A stretch of 64,000 nt of DNA from a virus (IMGVR_UViG_3300026549_000043:32001-96000), one strand, 5' to 3'. Positions 18,771 to 29,776 are shown, numbered from the stretch's first letter. The notes: generated by a model not told the origin, from the sequence alone. Program-made: numbers and translations.

Positions 18771-19670
18771 GTGGAAATTAGAGAATTGAAAGAAATTATA
18801 TCCAATAATTCTATTAATTTAAATCCAACGATGGTATGGCTGTTAGAAGATTATTCTAGTTGGTTTATAGCTAAGCAGTATATTAATGAGATATCAAAGA
18901 ATAAAAACTTATTAATAAGATATGTTTCTTCATTGGAAGAAATCCCTGAAGATAGTTTATTACCTGATAATCATTTATATATTTATAAAATTGAAGAATT
19001 AAAAACTTATGAATCAAAAAATAATTTAATTATTGTTTGCGAGAAAAGTAATTATAAAGAATCTATTAAGATCCCACATCTAGAGGGGTGGCAGTTTATA
19101 GATTATATAAAGACTTTAGTACCTGGAGTTAACTATAATGATCTAGAATGGTTATTAACTCAGTACGAATATACCTATGATAGAGTTACTACGGTAAGAT
19201 ATTTTAGATTTTTAAATGACATTAAAAAAATTTCAATTTTCCCTGAAGATCAGCAAGAAAAAATATTTAATGAATTATATCTTTCTGGAGAATACGATGA
19301 TGTATCAAATTTAACAATCTTTGATTTATCAAATTCTATTATGAAAAGAGACCCTAAGGTAGCTTTAGAAGTTTTAAAAGTATTCCCCTATATTGATTCA
19401 AAGCCCGACGTATGGTTATTGAGTATATTACTAAATAATTTTAAAAAAGTGATTGATATTCAATTTAATCCAGGATTCAATGCTGATGATCTAGGGCTTT
19501 CAGATAAACAGTACTATGCTGTAAAGAAAAATAATGTTGGTGTATATTCTAATGATAGGTTAATATCAATATATGAGATGTTAACCAATTGTGAATTTTT
19601 ATATAAATTTGGTGGACTATCTACTAACCAATTAGTAGATTATATGATTTGTAAAATCTTTGGTGAATAG
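18771..19670 (+). CDS. holA: Clamp loader subunit, delta-like
   Basis: TIFDLSNSIMKRD..ALE helical collar pattern; adjacent to holB-like gene. Confidence 0.55.
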   Translation: MEIRELKEIISNNSINLNPTMVWLLEDYSSWFIAKQYINEISKNKNLLIRYVSSLEEIPEDSLLPDNHLYIYKIEELKTYESKNNLIIVCEKSNYKESIKIPHLEGWQFIDYIKTLVPGVNYNDLEWLLTQYEYTYDRVTTVRYFRFLNDIKKISIFPEDQQEKIFNELYLSGEYDDVSNLTIFDLSNSIMKRDPKVALEVLKVFPYIDSKPDVWLLSILLNNFKKVIDIQFNPGFNADDLGLSDKQYYAVKKNNVGVYSNDRLISIYEMLTNCEFLYKFGGLSTNQLVDYMICKIFGE

Positions 19671-19673
19671 GCT

Positions 19674-20711
19674 ATGAAAAAGTTTCTTATATATTCTGAT
19701 TGTCATTTTTCACAATATTCTAGTATTGTAAGGTCTATGGGTAATAAATATTCTAAAAGGCTACACAACTTAATAAATTCTATCTCTTGGGCTGAACATC
19801 TAGCTGATGAATTAAATTGTGATGGAGTAATTAACCTGGGTGATTTTTTTGATAGGCCGGAATTGAACTCAATGGAAATTACAGCTTTACAAGATGTTTA
19901 TTTCAGTGATAAACCGCATATTATTCTAACCGGAAACCATGATGCAAATATATCTAATTTAGAATTTTCATCTGTTCAGATATTTAAATCCATGAGGGCT
20001 GAAATTATTACTGATATAACTAAAAAACCTATTAATGATAAAGTAGACTTTTATTTTATTCCATATTTAACTGAGGATAAAAAGATATCATTAAATGATT
20101 TAGCTTCAGGAAACAAAAAGAAAGTAATATTAACTCATAATGAAATATCTGGTATCAGGTATGGAAAATTTATTTCTCAATCAGGATTTAATATTAATGA
20201 CATATTAGATAATTGTACATTATTTTTGAATGGTCATTTACATAACGGGGGTATCATTGAAAATAAAATCATTTTGGTGGGTAATTTAACCGGGCAGAAT
20301 TTTAATGAAGACGCTACTAGGTATGATCATTATGCTTATGTTATGACCATTGGTGATGATGGATCTATTACTTTAGACCCATATATAAATCCACATGCTT
20401 TTAATTTTTATAAAATTTATATAAATAAAAAAGAAGATTTAAACATCTTGAATAATCTAAAAAATAATTCAGTATTATCAATCTCATGTAATAATAGATT
20501 AGTTACCGATGTCAACAAATTGTTAAATAACAATCCAAAGGTAGTAGAATATAGGTTAGTTACAATCTACAGTACTTTAAATCCAGAAAAAGAAGAATTG
20601 GTAGATTTTAAAGTAAGCGACCATTTACAACAATTTATTGATTATGTTCAAACAAAGATTTCTCCTTCAGATATTTTATCAGAAGAATTAGCCAAACTTA
20701 GCAGTATGTAA
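19674..20711 (+). CDS. sbcD: SbcD/Mre11 nuclease
   Basis: SDCH, GDFFD, GNHD, TH, GHLH. Confidence 0.9.
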   Translation: MKKFLIYSDCHFSQYSSIVRSMGNKYSKRLHNLINSISWAEHLADELNCDGVINLGDFFDRPELNSMEITALQDVYFSDKPHIILTGNHDANISNLEFSSVQIFKSMRAEIITDITKKPINDKVDFYFIPYLTEDKKISLNDLASGNKKKVILTHNEISGIRYGKFISQSGFNINDILDNCTLFLNGHLHNGGIIENKIILVGNLTGQNFNEDATRYDHYAYVMTIGDDGSITLDPYINPHAFNFYKIYINKKEDLNILNNLKNNSVLSISCNNRLVTDVNKLLNNNPKVVEYRLVTIYSTLNPEKEELVDFKVSDHLQQFIDYVQTKISPSDILSEELAKLSSM

Positions 20712-20716
20712 GGTAG

Positions 20717-22597
20717 GTGATACTTATTAATTTAATTTTTTCAAAAGTAAAATTACATAATTTCTTTTCTTTCTCAGATGTAGAATTAAATTTAAATGAT
20801 ATGGGATTTACTTTAGTAGAAGGTAGAAATTATTGTAAATTAGATAACGCCTACTCAAATGGGTCTGGGAAATCTAGTCTATTTAACGCTATATGTTTTG
20901 CTCTAACAGGTGAGACTTCTCAGGGAATATCATCAGGAGTAGAGAATATTTTTACAGACCCAGATGATTGCTGGGTAGAACTGACCTTTATGGTAGATGA
21001 TAATGAATACATTTTAAAAAGATATAAGACCCCAAAACCTGATTTAAAAATTACTATTAATGGTGAGGATAAATCTGGGAAGGGGATTAGAGAATCATCT
21101 AATTTACTTTCAACTTATTTACCTGATTTAAATTCTACTCTAGTTAATAGCATCATAATTTTAGGGCAGGGATTACCTAGTAGATTTACAAACAACAAAC
21201 CTTCACATCGAAAAGAGATTTTAGAGAATTTAACTAAGTCTGACTTTATGATTCAATCAATTAAGGATAAATTAGAGAAAAGACAGGAAGAATTAAAATC
21301 AAGCCTAAGGTCAAGAGAAGATAGATCTTTAATGATTAATTCTCAAAAAGAAGTATATAAAAACCAATTAACTAAATATCGTGATGAATTAGAAGAATAT
21401 GATTGTTTTGATAGTTCAGAGGGTGGAATCCAGTATCAGGTTAAGTTATTAGAAAAAGAGATAGAATATTACAATAAAAGTATTTCAGATAACGACCTAG
21501 AATATAAAGATTTATCTGAACAACTGGAAGAATTAAATTCAAAGTATAGAAGTATTTTATTAGAAAGCAATGGTCAGTTAGATATTAAACTAGGCCCAAT
21601 AGAAAATATCGAAGAGAAGAAAACTCAAGAAATAAATAACTTAAAAACAGAAATAAAGATTCTAGAAAAAGAAATTAAAAAACTAGATAGTATCAAGGAT
21701 GTATGTCCGACTTGTGGCCAAAAAATACCTAACATTAATAAGCCTGATACAACTGAGTTAAAAAATAATTTAAATAAATTAAAGGGTGATTTAGATCTCT
21801 ATGATCAAGAATATAACCGAATAAAAGATGAAAAAGAAAAAATTATAGCTGACCACAACCATTTAATCGAGGTAAATTTAGAAGAATTAAAATCTAAAAT
21901 AGATTCATATACGCTAAGATTAAAAGAATTATCTAAGGATAAAATTTCTCTCTCAAGTAAGATATCATCTACTGAATCTAAAATCCAGAAATTAGAAGAC
22001 TTAAAAAATCGATATAATAAATTACTTACTGATATTTCTGGAGTTGAAGATGTTATTAAGAAATTAAATGAAGAATCTGTAAATATTTCAGGTGAAATAT
22101 TTGATATAAATGCCCATTTAAATATTGTTCAACAAATGATAACTTTAGCTAAAAGAGAGTTTAGAGGAATATTATTATTAAATGTAATTGAATATCTAAA
22201 TAAATTAATTAAAAAATATTCTTTACAAGTTTTTAATACTGAAGAATTAAATTTTACTTTAAATGAAAATGCCGTAGATATTACTTACTGTAATAAACCT
22301 TACGAAAATCTATCTGGTGGAGAAAAACAAAAAATTGATATAATAATCCAATTAGCCTTAAGAGATGTTTTAAGTAAACAACTGGATATTAGAAGTAATT
22401 TATTAGTTTGTGATGAAATCTTTGATAATATGGATTTGATAGGATGTAATAAAATTATTGATCTTATTTCAAGTTTATCTGATATTGATAGTATATTTAT
22501 TATTTCACATCATACCCAGGATTTAGAGCTTACTAGGGATAATTCATTGGTAGTAGAAAAGTCTGAAAATGGAATTAGCCATTTAAAGTTTGTATAG
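20717..22597 (+). CDS. sbcC: SbcC/Rad50 ATPase
   Basis: NGSGKS, Q-loop, CPTC hook, LSGGE, CDE..D, ISH. Confidence 0.92.
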   Translation: MILINLIFSKVKLHNFFSFSDVELNLNDMGFTLVEGRNYCKLDNAYSNGSGKSSLFNAICFALTGETSQGISSGVENIFTDPDDCWVELTFMVDDNEYILKRYKTPKPDLKITINGEDKSGKGIRESSNLLSTYLPDLNSTLVNSIIILGQGLPSRFTNNKPSHRKEILENLTKSDFMIQSIKDKLEKRQEELKSSLRSREDRSLMINSQKEVYKNQLTKYRDELEEYDCFDSSEGGIQYQVKLLEKEIEYYNKSISDNDLEYKDLSEQLEELNSKYRSILLESNGQLDIKLGPIENIEEKKTQEINNLKTEIKILEKEIKKLDSIKDVCPTCGQKIPNINKPDTTELKNNLNKLKGDLDLYDQEYNRIKDEKEKIIADHNHLIEVNLEELKSKIDSYTLRLKELSKDKISLSSKISSTESKIQKLEDLKNRYNKLLTDISGVEDVIKKLNEESVNISGEIFDINAHLNIVQQMITLAKREFRGILLLNVIEYLNKLIKKYSLQVFNTEELNFTLNENAVDITYCNKPYENLSGGEKQKIDIIIQLALRDVLSKQLDIRSNLLVCDEIFDNMDLIGCNKIIDLISSLSDIDSIFIISHHTQDLELTRDNSLVVEKSENGISHLKFV

Positions 22598-22603
22598 TAT
22601 ATT

Positions 22604-23428
22604 ATGAACCCATTATTTAAAAAGCCTAAAGACGTCCGATTTGTAGATATGGCTATATGAATTGATAACAATATTTATAAAGAAGATTGTGATATGGATA
22701 AGGCATTTACTTACATGTATTTATTGGCCTATATGTTAGCTAGTAAAGCTAAGTATTTTAATACTATTGCTGACTATGATGGCTTTGCCTATTTCTTGGC
22801 CTACTCAACTTATAGTAGGTATAAGGATCAAAGTAAGAAGCCGGTAAAATCGGTATTAAATTATATGAAATCAATTATGTATTTCAGAAAGTTAACTTAT
22901 GACCGGGAAACATTCTGTGAAGTAATAAACCCAGAATATAATACTAATTGGGATGAAAATAAATATAAAAATAGTAGAATTAATTCCTTAGAATCTCAGA
23001 ATAGAACAAATTTAATTCAATTAAGTATTCAAGACATTTTTAGTGATATACCAAAAATAATTTTTAAAAATATACCAAAGATATATTTTAGTGATAATTT
23101 AATTAAAAATAATATTTATAAATCTACCCTATTATCACTATTAAGCAGCTATACATTACCACAAGAATTTCAAATAAAATTACAGAAAAAGTTAGAAGAA
23201 AAATCAACTTTTGATGAAGCTTCTTTCTATAAAAAACATTTAACCAAGGATATAATTTTATGACATTTACCAGATTCAATGGAATCAGTAGTCAGGCTGG
23301 TTATAAATAAAACGAACCAAGACTTAATTGAATTAATTCGAGGATTATCTGATGAAATAAAGGTTACTGAATATGATTTAGATCTAATGTTTAAATCGGC
23401 TTATGAGAATTGAAATGAAGAGTCCTAA
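22604..23428 (+). CDS. Helical protein, possibly a phage sigma-like factor (3 in-frame TGA)
   Basis: Continuous frame through TGA at 22658, 23261 and 23411; weak similarity to the gp55-type pattern. Confidence 0.45.
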
Positions 23429-23777
23429 TATATTAAAAGAAGAAGATTTATATAATTTAATATTGTATTCTATTTTTAAGATCAGAGAAGATCCTGAGTA
23501 TTCTGTTATTTCTGAATTAATATACATTCTAGGTAAAGATGGGTTATTAAATTTATGTTCTTCTTTGGGTGGCTGTACTATTAAAATACCTACTATTTTA
23601 GAATTAAAGGTTTTTACTAATGCATTACTAATTTATTATTATTCAATTACTGAAAATAAGTCATTTAATGAATCATTTAAAAAATTAGAAATAGATCCTA
23701 ACCTAAGAAAAGATATTATCGAAGTATATAAAAAAGTAGTTGATATAGCAAATGGATACAATAAAAAATTTAATTAA
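23415..23777 (+). CDS. Mor/C-like transcription regulator candidate
   Basis: LNLCSSLGGCTIKIPT resembles the Mor-family L..FGG..IYIP motif. Confidence 0.4.
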   Translation: MKSPNILKEEDLYNLILYSIFKIREDPEYSVISELIYILGKDGLLNLCSSLGGCTIKIPTILELKVFTNALLIYYYSITENKSFNESFKKLEIDPNLRKDIIEVYKKVVDIANGYNKKFN

Positions 23778-23943
23778 GATAAGAGAAGATCTCAATTCTG
23801 TACCAGAGAAAAAGGAGTATTATTCGAATGTTTCTGAACGTTTAGATAAAATACTTAAATGATATATAAGTCAGTTAGAAATACAATATAATCAAATGTT
23901 AAATAAAAACACTAAGGATATTATGAAGGAGTTGATAAAGTAG
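23752..23943 (+). CDS. Hypothetical protein (1 in-frame TGA; not in ORF track)
   Basis: Fills the gap only if TGA=Trp; TAG overlaps the next GTG. Confidence 0.55.
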
Positions 23944-24272
23944 TGATAGGAAATATTAAAGAAGATTTAAGTAAATTAACTACCATTGATACTCTTTATA
24001 TTGGGAGACTTTTTGAAAAAATAAATTGATGTATTTCTGACTATGTGGAAGAAGCCTCTTTAAAAGGAGATAATCTAGTAGAAGTAGATTTTGGGTTTGG
24101 GAAGTTGTTTATTTGTATTGGAGAAGATTCAGTTAAATATAGTTTTAAACCTAGTAAAGAGTTAGATGAATCGGTAATTAATACCATAGTAGATGGAAGA
24201 AATAGTCTAACTTTAAACTTAGAAAAAAATCTTTCATCAAAAATTACAAACATATATAAGGACATGTTCTAA
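23943..24272 (+). CDS. Hypothetical protein (1 in-frame TGA)
   Basis: GTG 23943 with AAGGAG RBS, in frame with ORF 24045-24272. Confidence 0.6.
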
Positions 24273-24769
24273 TGGAAAATAAAGAAGAATTAATACAATC
24301 TCCAGAAGATACGGCCGGTATAGTTTCTAAGAATAATAATTTATTTACTGAATCAAATGATCTAGTTGAGAAGATAATAAATGAATCAAACCCAGATAAA
24401 TTAGAAGAATTAACAAATCTATTTAATTTAAATCAACGTAAAAAAGACATAGCTAGAATTAATAAATTATCTCAGTTATTAAATATCGTTGATACTGAGG
24501 TAGAATCCAGGTTAATTGATACTCCAGAAGGATTTAACAACGATCAGTTAATTAAGTATATGAGTACTACTCAACAAACAATTAACTCCCTTGAAGATAA
24601 TTTAAATCATAAACCATTAATTCAAATAAATAACCAGACAAATGAAATACATCTTGGTGAAGATGGACTAAACCAAGAATCTAGAAAAAAGGTCATAGAT
24701 ACTATTATGTCCATCCTTAGTAAAGATAACAAGGAAGTTATAGATATAGACTTAGATGAGGAAGAATAA
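24272..24769 (+). CDS. Hypothetical coiled-coil protein
   Basis: Open frame, coupled start. Confidence 0.6.
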   Translation: MENKEELIQSPEDTAGIVSKNNNLFTESNDLVEKIINESNPDKLEELTNLFNLNQRKKDIARINKLSQLLNIVDTEVESRLIDTPEGFNNDQLIKYMSTTQQTINSLEDNLNHKPLIQINNQTNEIHLGEDGLNQESRKKVIDTIMSILSKDNKEVIDIDLDEEE

Positions 24770-24773
24770 TTAG

Positions 24774-25118
24774 ATGTCAAAAAGAGATTTAGAAAAATAT
24801 TTAATTTCAGTACAAAAACAAAGAGATGAAATGTTAAAGGCAGTTAATGAAGCTAATGAATTACTAATTAAAGGGAATATTTCATCTGAACAAGCTAACT
24901 CAATACAATCTTATTTTAATCAATTAGAGGTTAACTATCAAAGAATATTATATTGTAGATATTTGTATAATCTTCCGCCTAAATTTATTCAGAAGCTTCA
25001 AAAGAAAAAGATTGAAAAAGAGTTAAAGAAATATGTAGATAATAAGGCCGATGAAGAATCAGTTAAGAAAGAAAACCAGGAATGCTTAGATAAAGTTAAG
25101 GAGGAAATTAATGGATAA
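24774..25118 (+). CDS. Hypothetical protein
   Basis: Open frame. Confidence 0.6.
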   Translation: MSKRDLEKYLISVQKQRDEMLKAVNEANELLIKGNISSEQANSIQSYFNQLEVNYQRILYCRYLYNLPPKFIQKLQKKKIEKELKKYVDNKADEESVKKENQECLDKVKEEING

Positions 25119-25377
25119 AGAAGAATTTATTAATTCATTAGATATACCATTTAAAGGTGAATGGAAAGGGAATGACTTCGTAATTAATCTAACAAACAGT
25201 GATGACTTTTCAACAGTATATAATATTATATCAAACAATCCAGAAATATCAATGGAAGATAATTCTATTACTACTACTAACAATTCACTATTTACATTCT
25301 TTAAAGATGAATTTGAGATTAGATTAACTGCCGATTTTAATAGAGATATTTATAAACTTACTGTGGGAGATAGATAA
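25111..25377 (+). CDS. Hypothetical protein
   Basis: AAGGAGG RBS. Confidence 0.6.
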   Translation: MDKEEFINSLDIPFKGEWKGNDFVINLTNSDDFSTVYNIISNNPEISMEDNSITTTNNSLFTFFKDEFEIRLTADFNRDIYKLTVGDR

Positions 25378-25379
25378 AT

Positions 25380-26093
25380 ATGGTAAAAGACATATTGGTT
25401 TCAGACCTTTTAAATGAAAGGGCTATGGAGTGGGATGTTAAGAAGGATTCAGAATTAACTAATACTATCCTTAGAGACTTGGTTGATACTCTAGAAGCTA
25501 ACCCAGATAGATTATATTTATGTGCTAATGAAATCGGATATACTGAGAGAGCTTTTATTTTAAAGTTTAGTGATGATTGAAAAGCTTTCATGAACCCAAT
25601 CTTCCAGGTAAAGGATAATCTAAAATTAGTTAGAGAATATAATCCTATAGATAAAAAACAATATATTATTCCTAGATATACCGATGTGACTATATGCTAT
25701 CAAAATTCCATGGGTAAAGTTGAAGCTGTAAAATTTAATGATTCAGCATCAGCTATAGTGTCTCATGCAATGGATGTTTTGGAAGGGTTACAAACTTCTG
25801 ATTATGGATTAGAAGTCGTTGAGGAATTTGATACCGCTTCGCCAGAAGAACAGGCCCAGGTATTGAATGAATATTTAAAATCTTTAAATAAATTTAAAGA
25901 AGATTTGGATTCTGATTTAAGTAATTCTGATGAGGAAACTAAAAAAGAATGGGATGGCTTTAAATTTATGAAAGCCGTTTCGGATGGAAAGGTAGAATTA
26001 TATAAGCCAGAAAATAAATCTCCAATAATAAATAGAAAACAAAGAAGATTTTTTGAAAAATTGGCTAAAAAATTTAGAAGGAGAAAAAGATAA
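25380..26093 (+). CDS. Peptide deformylase-fold protein with degenerate active site (1 in-frame TGA)
   Basis: DLVDTL...LCANEIG...FMNP...IPRY..VT..Y...G......F...A..VSHAMDVLEG follows the PDF pattern; ORFs 25380 and 25590 are in frame across TGA 25578. Confidence 0.7.
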
Positions 26094-26467
26094 TGAAATT
26101 AGTTAGAGCTACCAACGAGAGCTTAAGAAAAAGAGTTAAGATTAAAGAATTAGGAAGACTTGCTAAAGAAGGCGAAGAGTTTAAGGTTGAAGATGATAGA
26201 ATACCTACATTAACTGGAGATAATAGATTTCATGCTGCATTTGTAGTAGTAGTTAAGGATTTAGGGGCAGAAGAAGTTAAACCAGAAACAGTTGATATCC
26301 CATCAGTTGAAGAAAAAACATCAGATGATACAGAACCTGAAATTTTTGTTATCAATCCAGGTGAAGAGCCAATTAAGGTGGATGAAAATCTCCAGCCAAT
26401 TGAAACTCCATCTGAAGAAAAACCTAAAAAGCGTAGATCAAAGAAGAAAGATAAGGTGGAAGAATAA
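26093..26467 (+). CDS. Hypothetical protein with low-complexity tail
   Basis: Coupled start. Confidence 0.6.
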   Translation: MKLVRATNESLRKRVKIKELGRLAKEGEEFKVEDDRIPTLTGDNRFHAAFVVVVKDLGAEEVKPETVDIPSVEEKTSDDTEPEIFVINPGEEPIKVDENLQPIETPSEEKPKKRRSKKKDKVEE

Positions 26468-26470
26468 TTT

Positions 26471-26689
26471 ATGGATGAATTAAGAGCTTATTCTAAAGAA
26501 GATTTTGGTGATTTGGCAGGAATCTTAGCCAGAAGCGGTTATAGATTTCTTAGCTGGGCTGAATTAGACCGTTCAAATAATATTATCTATGTGGTTAAGC
26601 TTAACCCAGTTTTAGAACAGCCTAAGCCTGAAACTCCTAAGCAAGTATTAAATGAAGAATTAGAAAATGAGAACGGAAGTCAGGAATAG
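26471..26689 (+). CDS. Hypothetical protein
   Basis: Open frame. Confidence 0.5.
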   Translation: MDELRAYSKEDFGDLAGILARSGYRFLSWAELDRSNNIIYVVKLNPVLEQPKPETPKQVLNEELENENGSQE

Positions 26690-26867
26690 CAAAAATATGT
26701 TAATCGGGTGGACCACCGATTACTCAGATTCCGTACAAGCTAGTCATATAAACAAGGGTTATGTTGGAAAATATGTAAAAAGTTCCAACATAACTTTTGA
26801 TAAACAGGGTAAAATATTTTGCTATGGAGACGGGACTCAATGTTTAGTTCGACTGGCAGATAAATAA
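26667..26867 (+). CDS. Hypothetical protein
   Basis: Open frame. Confidence 0.5.
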   Translation: MRTEVRNSKNMLIGWTTDYSDSVQASHINKGYVGKYVKSSNITFDKQGKIFCYGDGTQCLVRLADK

Positions 26868-26881
26868 ACGAAGGAGTTTTT

Positions 26882-27097
26882 ATGTTAAAAGTATATAGTA
26901 CTAATTGTCCTAAATGTAAAATTTTAGAGAAAAAATTAAATTCAATGGACAAAGAATATGAATTAATAAATGACCCAGATGCGGTCTATGAGGCTTCAGA
27001 AAAATATGATATTAAGGAAGCTCCCTTTGTAGTAAATGGAGATCACTTATATAATTTTTCTGCTGCTATCAAAGCATTATCTTCAGGAGAAATTTAA
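26882..27097 (+). CDS. Glutaredoxin-like protein
   Basis: CPKC and AP motifs; directly upstream of nrdD. Confidence 0.85.
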   Translation: MLKVYSTNCPKCKILEKKLNSMDKEYELINDPDAVYEASEKYDIKEAPFVVNGDHLYNFSAAIKALSSGEI

Positions 27098-27099
27098 TT

Positions 27100-28851
27100 A
27101 TGGAAATAACACTTTGTTTGAATAAAGATTTCGAAAGAACGCTTGAAATGCTTAGAGATAAGTATGGTGAAGATTTTGAATACTTCAGTGGTATACATCC
27201 AACTCAGTTAGATTATTCAGAATTTTTATCAAATTTCGTAAAGAATGATACATTGGCCGATACAACCGTAGACCCTAACGCTAATGCTTCTCATAAAGAT
27301 ATTAGATCATATATGACTGAAAAAGGTAAAGCATCAGATAAGTTATTTGGATTAAATAAAATCTTTTTAGAGATTAAAAAGAGGTGGGGTTTAAAGACTG
27401 CACGTCAATGGCTTGAACAAGAGTATTCAAAAGGATTCTATTTGAATGATTCTACCTCTGCTAGCTATATCCCTTACTGCTGGGCTAATGATTTAACTAG
27501 ATTAGCTACAGAAGGACTATTCTTCTTATCTAATTATAATCATCAGCCACCTAAGCATTTAACTACATATTTTGATGATGTAATTGAATTTACTTCATTC
27601 CTCAGTAATAGACAATCAGGAGCTGTAGGTCTCCCTAATGTTATAATTTGGGCTTATTATTTTTGGAAGCATGACTGTGAAAATGGATATTTCTTAAAGG
27701 ATCCAGATACATATTTAAGACAGAATTTCCAAAAATTTATTTATAGATTAAATCAACCATTTATGAGAATAGATCAGTGTGCTTTTACAAACGTATCTAT
27801 TTTCGATAGACCTTACTTAGAAGAATTATTCGGCGGAGTAGAATTCCCAGACGGTAGCTTTGCCATTGACCAGATTGAAGAATTAGTTAAAGCACAAAAG
27901 GTCTTTATGGAAGTTGTAGCAGATATCCGTAAAGAAAATATGTTTACCTTTCCTATTATAACATTTTCCATTTTGTACAAGGATGGAGAATTTAAAGACC
28001 AAGAATTCGCAAGATGGGCATGTGCTCATAATATGCAATGGAGTGATAGCAATTTCTTCTGCTCAGATAATGTGGGGGTATTAAGTAATTGCTGTAGATT
28101 ATTAAGTGATACATCAAAATTGGACGCATTTATTAATTCTATTGGTGGTACAGCTCTTTCAGTAGGATCATGTAGAGTAAGCACAATTAACTTGGTTAGA
28201 ATAGCTTATGAAGCATTTGAGTATAATAAACCAAATGAAGTTCCATTAAAGAGGGCTAGATCTAAGTATCTTAAAATTCTTCGTGACCGAGTAGAATTAG
28301 ATTGTAAGGCCTTATTATCAATGAGACATATCCTTAAGAGAAATATTGAAAAGGGATTGTTACCTAATTACCAAGATGGTGCATTAGAATTAGATAAGCA
28401 GTTCTGTACTATTGGTGGTATTGGAATGTATGAAGTAATGGATATGTTTGGGTTGATCAATACTGATGAATTTGGTAATAAATCTTATTCTGATGAAGCT
28501 GTTGAATTTGCTACAGAAATTTTGGATTTAATGAATGAGGTTAAGGATACATTCTTTGAAAGAAATAATATCGAAAAGAAAGACCAGTTCTCATTTAACA
28601 TTGAATTTATCCCAGCAGAAAATGCAGCAGGAATTTTATGTCAAGCTGATAATCTCTTATTTAGAGACGGAAGTTGTGATTACACAACATATGATTACAG
28701 GTTTAGTATTAATGGTAAGAATTATTTAATAAAATCAAGAGATACTGTAAAAGTAAATATATCAGGTAAGATAAAAGAAGTTAGTGCAAAAGAAGCATTT
28801 GACAATGACTACGATTTAGTTGAAGAATATTTAGATAAGTTTTGTTGCTAA
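27100..28851 (+). CDS. nrdD: Class III ribonucleotide reductase, N-terminal fragment (NrdD-a) plus 62-aa foreign tail
   Basis: PYC, QSGAVG, FTFP, NCCRL, TINL, IPAEN; lacks the glycyl-radical domain. Confidence 0.92.
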   Translation: MEITLCLNKDFERTLEMLRDKYGEDFEYFSGIHPTQLDYSEFLSNFVKNDTLADTTVDPNANASHKDIRSYMTEKGKASDKLFGLNKIFLEIKKRWGLKTARQWLEQEYSKGFYLNDSTSASYIPYCWANDLTRLATEGLFFLSNYNHQPPKHLTTYFDDVIEFTSFLSNRQSGAVGLPNVIIWAYYFWKHDCENGYFLKDPDTYLRQNFQKFIYRLNQPFMRIDQCAFTNVSIFDRPYLEELFGGVEFPDGSFAIDQIEELVKAQKVFMEVVADIRKENMFTFPIITFSILYKDGEFKDQEFARWACAHNMQWSDSNFFCSDNVGVLSNCCRLLSDTSKLDAFINSIGGTALSVGSCRVSTINLVRIAYEAFEYNKPNEVPLKRARSKYLKILRDRVELDCKALLSMRHILKRNIEKGLLPNYQDGALELDKQFCTIGGIGMYEVMDMFGLINTDEFGNKSYSDEAVEFATEILDLMNEVKDTFFERNNIEKKDQFSFNIEFIPAENAAGILCQADNLLFRDGSCDYTTYDYRFSINGKNYLIKSRDTVKVNISGKIKEVSAKEAFDNDYDLVEEYLDKFCC

Positions 28852-28920
28852 ATTTAATATATAAAATGTCAATACCTAGTCTGGTGCTGGCCGGCCCGCT
28901 GGGTATCAGACTAGGAGGAG
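28846..28920 (+). promoter_or_regulatory. TGCTAAATT promoter plus RBS-sequestering hairpin of the nuclease gene
   Basis: CCTAGTCTGGTGC (28875) pairs with GTATCAGACTAGG (to 28915), overlapping AGGAGG. Confidence 0.65.
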
Positions 28921-28927
28921 ACTTTTT

Positions 28928-29776
28928 ATGGGTAAAATTTATACTTATATTCATAAAGGTCAACAGAATAGTAAATGTAAAACAGTTGACCTTTGTTTAT
29001 TTCTTAATGATGGATGAGAACTTGGTTGACCAAATATTCATGATCACATGGTTAAAATGAGTAAGAAAGCCGCTGAAAAATTAAGTGATTTGAAAGAAAA
29101 TAATTATGAAGATTATGTAAAATTCCAAGAAAATAAAAGTAAAAATGTGTCTAAAGGTTTACTTAAATTTTGATCAGATGTTGCAGATAAAGAGTATATA
29201 AAAAATCGTGAGGAAAAGAAGCAAGAATCGAGAGATAATTGAACACCTGAAGAGCGTGAATTATATCATAATAGGATGTCTGAATCAGCCAAAAGGGATA
29301 GGGCAAATACATCCCAAGAAGAGTATCATAGAAGAAGTGTTTTAGCTACTGAAACGAAGAAGAGAAACGGTACTATGAACACATCATCCTATGAAAATAT
29401 TACATATGATTTATTAAGAACAATTTATGGTGATGATGATATCATCTATGATGATTATGTAGATGATAGATACTCAACAAAATGCGATTTCTATATCAAA
29501 TCATTAGATATATTTATTGAATTAAATATTCATCCATCTCATAATAATCACCCGTTTGATGAGAATAATGCGGATGATTTAAGTTTAGTAGAAGAATTAA
29601 AATCTAAAGGTGATAAATGATCGAACATGATTTTAGATGTTTGATGTAGACGTGATGTCGAGAAATTCAATCAAGCTAAAGATAATAAATTGAATTATAT
29701 CTTAGTGTATCCAAATAACTTTGATAATTTTATACTCGCAATAAAGGAGAATAGAATATGAGATTTAGTGAAATAA
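28928..29776 (+). mobile_element. Free-standing homing endonuclease, Vsr/PD-(D/E)xK-like (7 in-frame TGA)
   Basis: Continuous frame with TGA=Trp; S.YE...CDFYI....FIELN..H motif; NDGWELG motif; lies between the nrdD halves. Confidence 0.8.

Noticed and set aside
28842-29060. 72-aa ORF in the track
   Set aside because: Overlaps the promoter/hairpin and the real nuclease frame starting at 28928
28852-29757. Group I intron in nrdD
   Set aside because: The interval is almost entirely nuclease ORF plus one hairpin; no intron core is visible; NrdD-b has its own RBS
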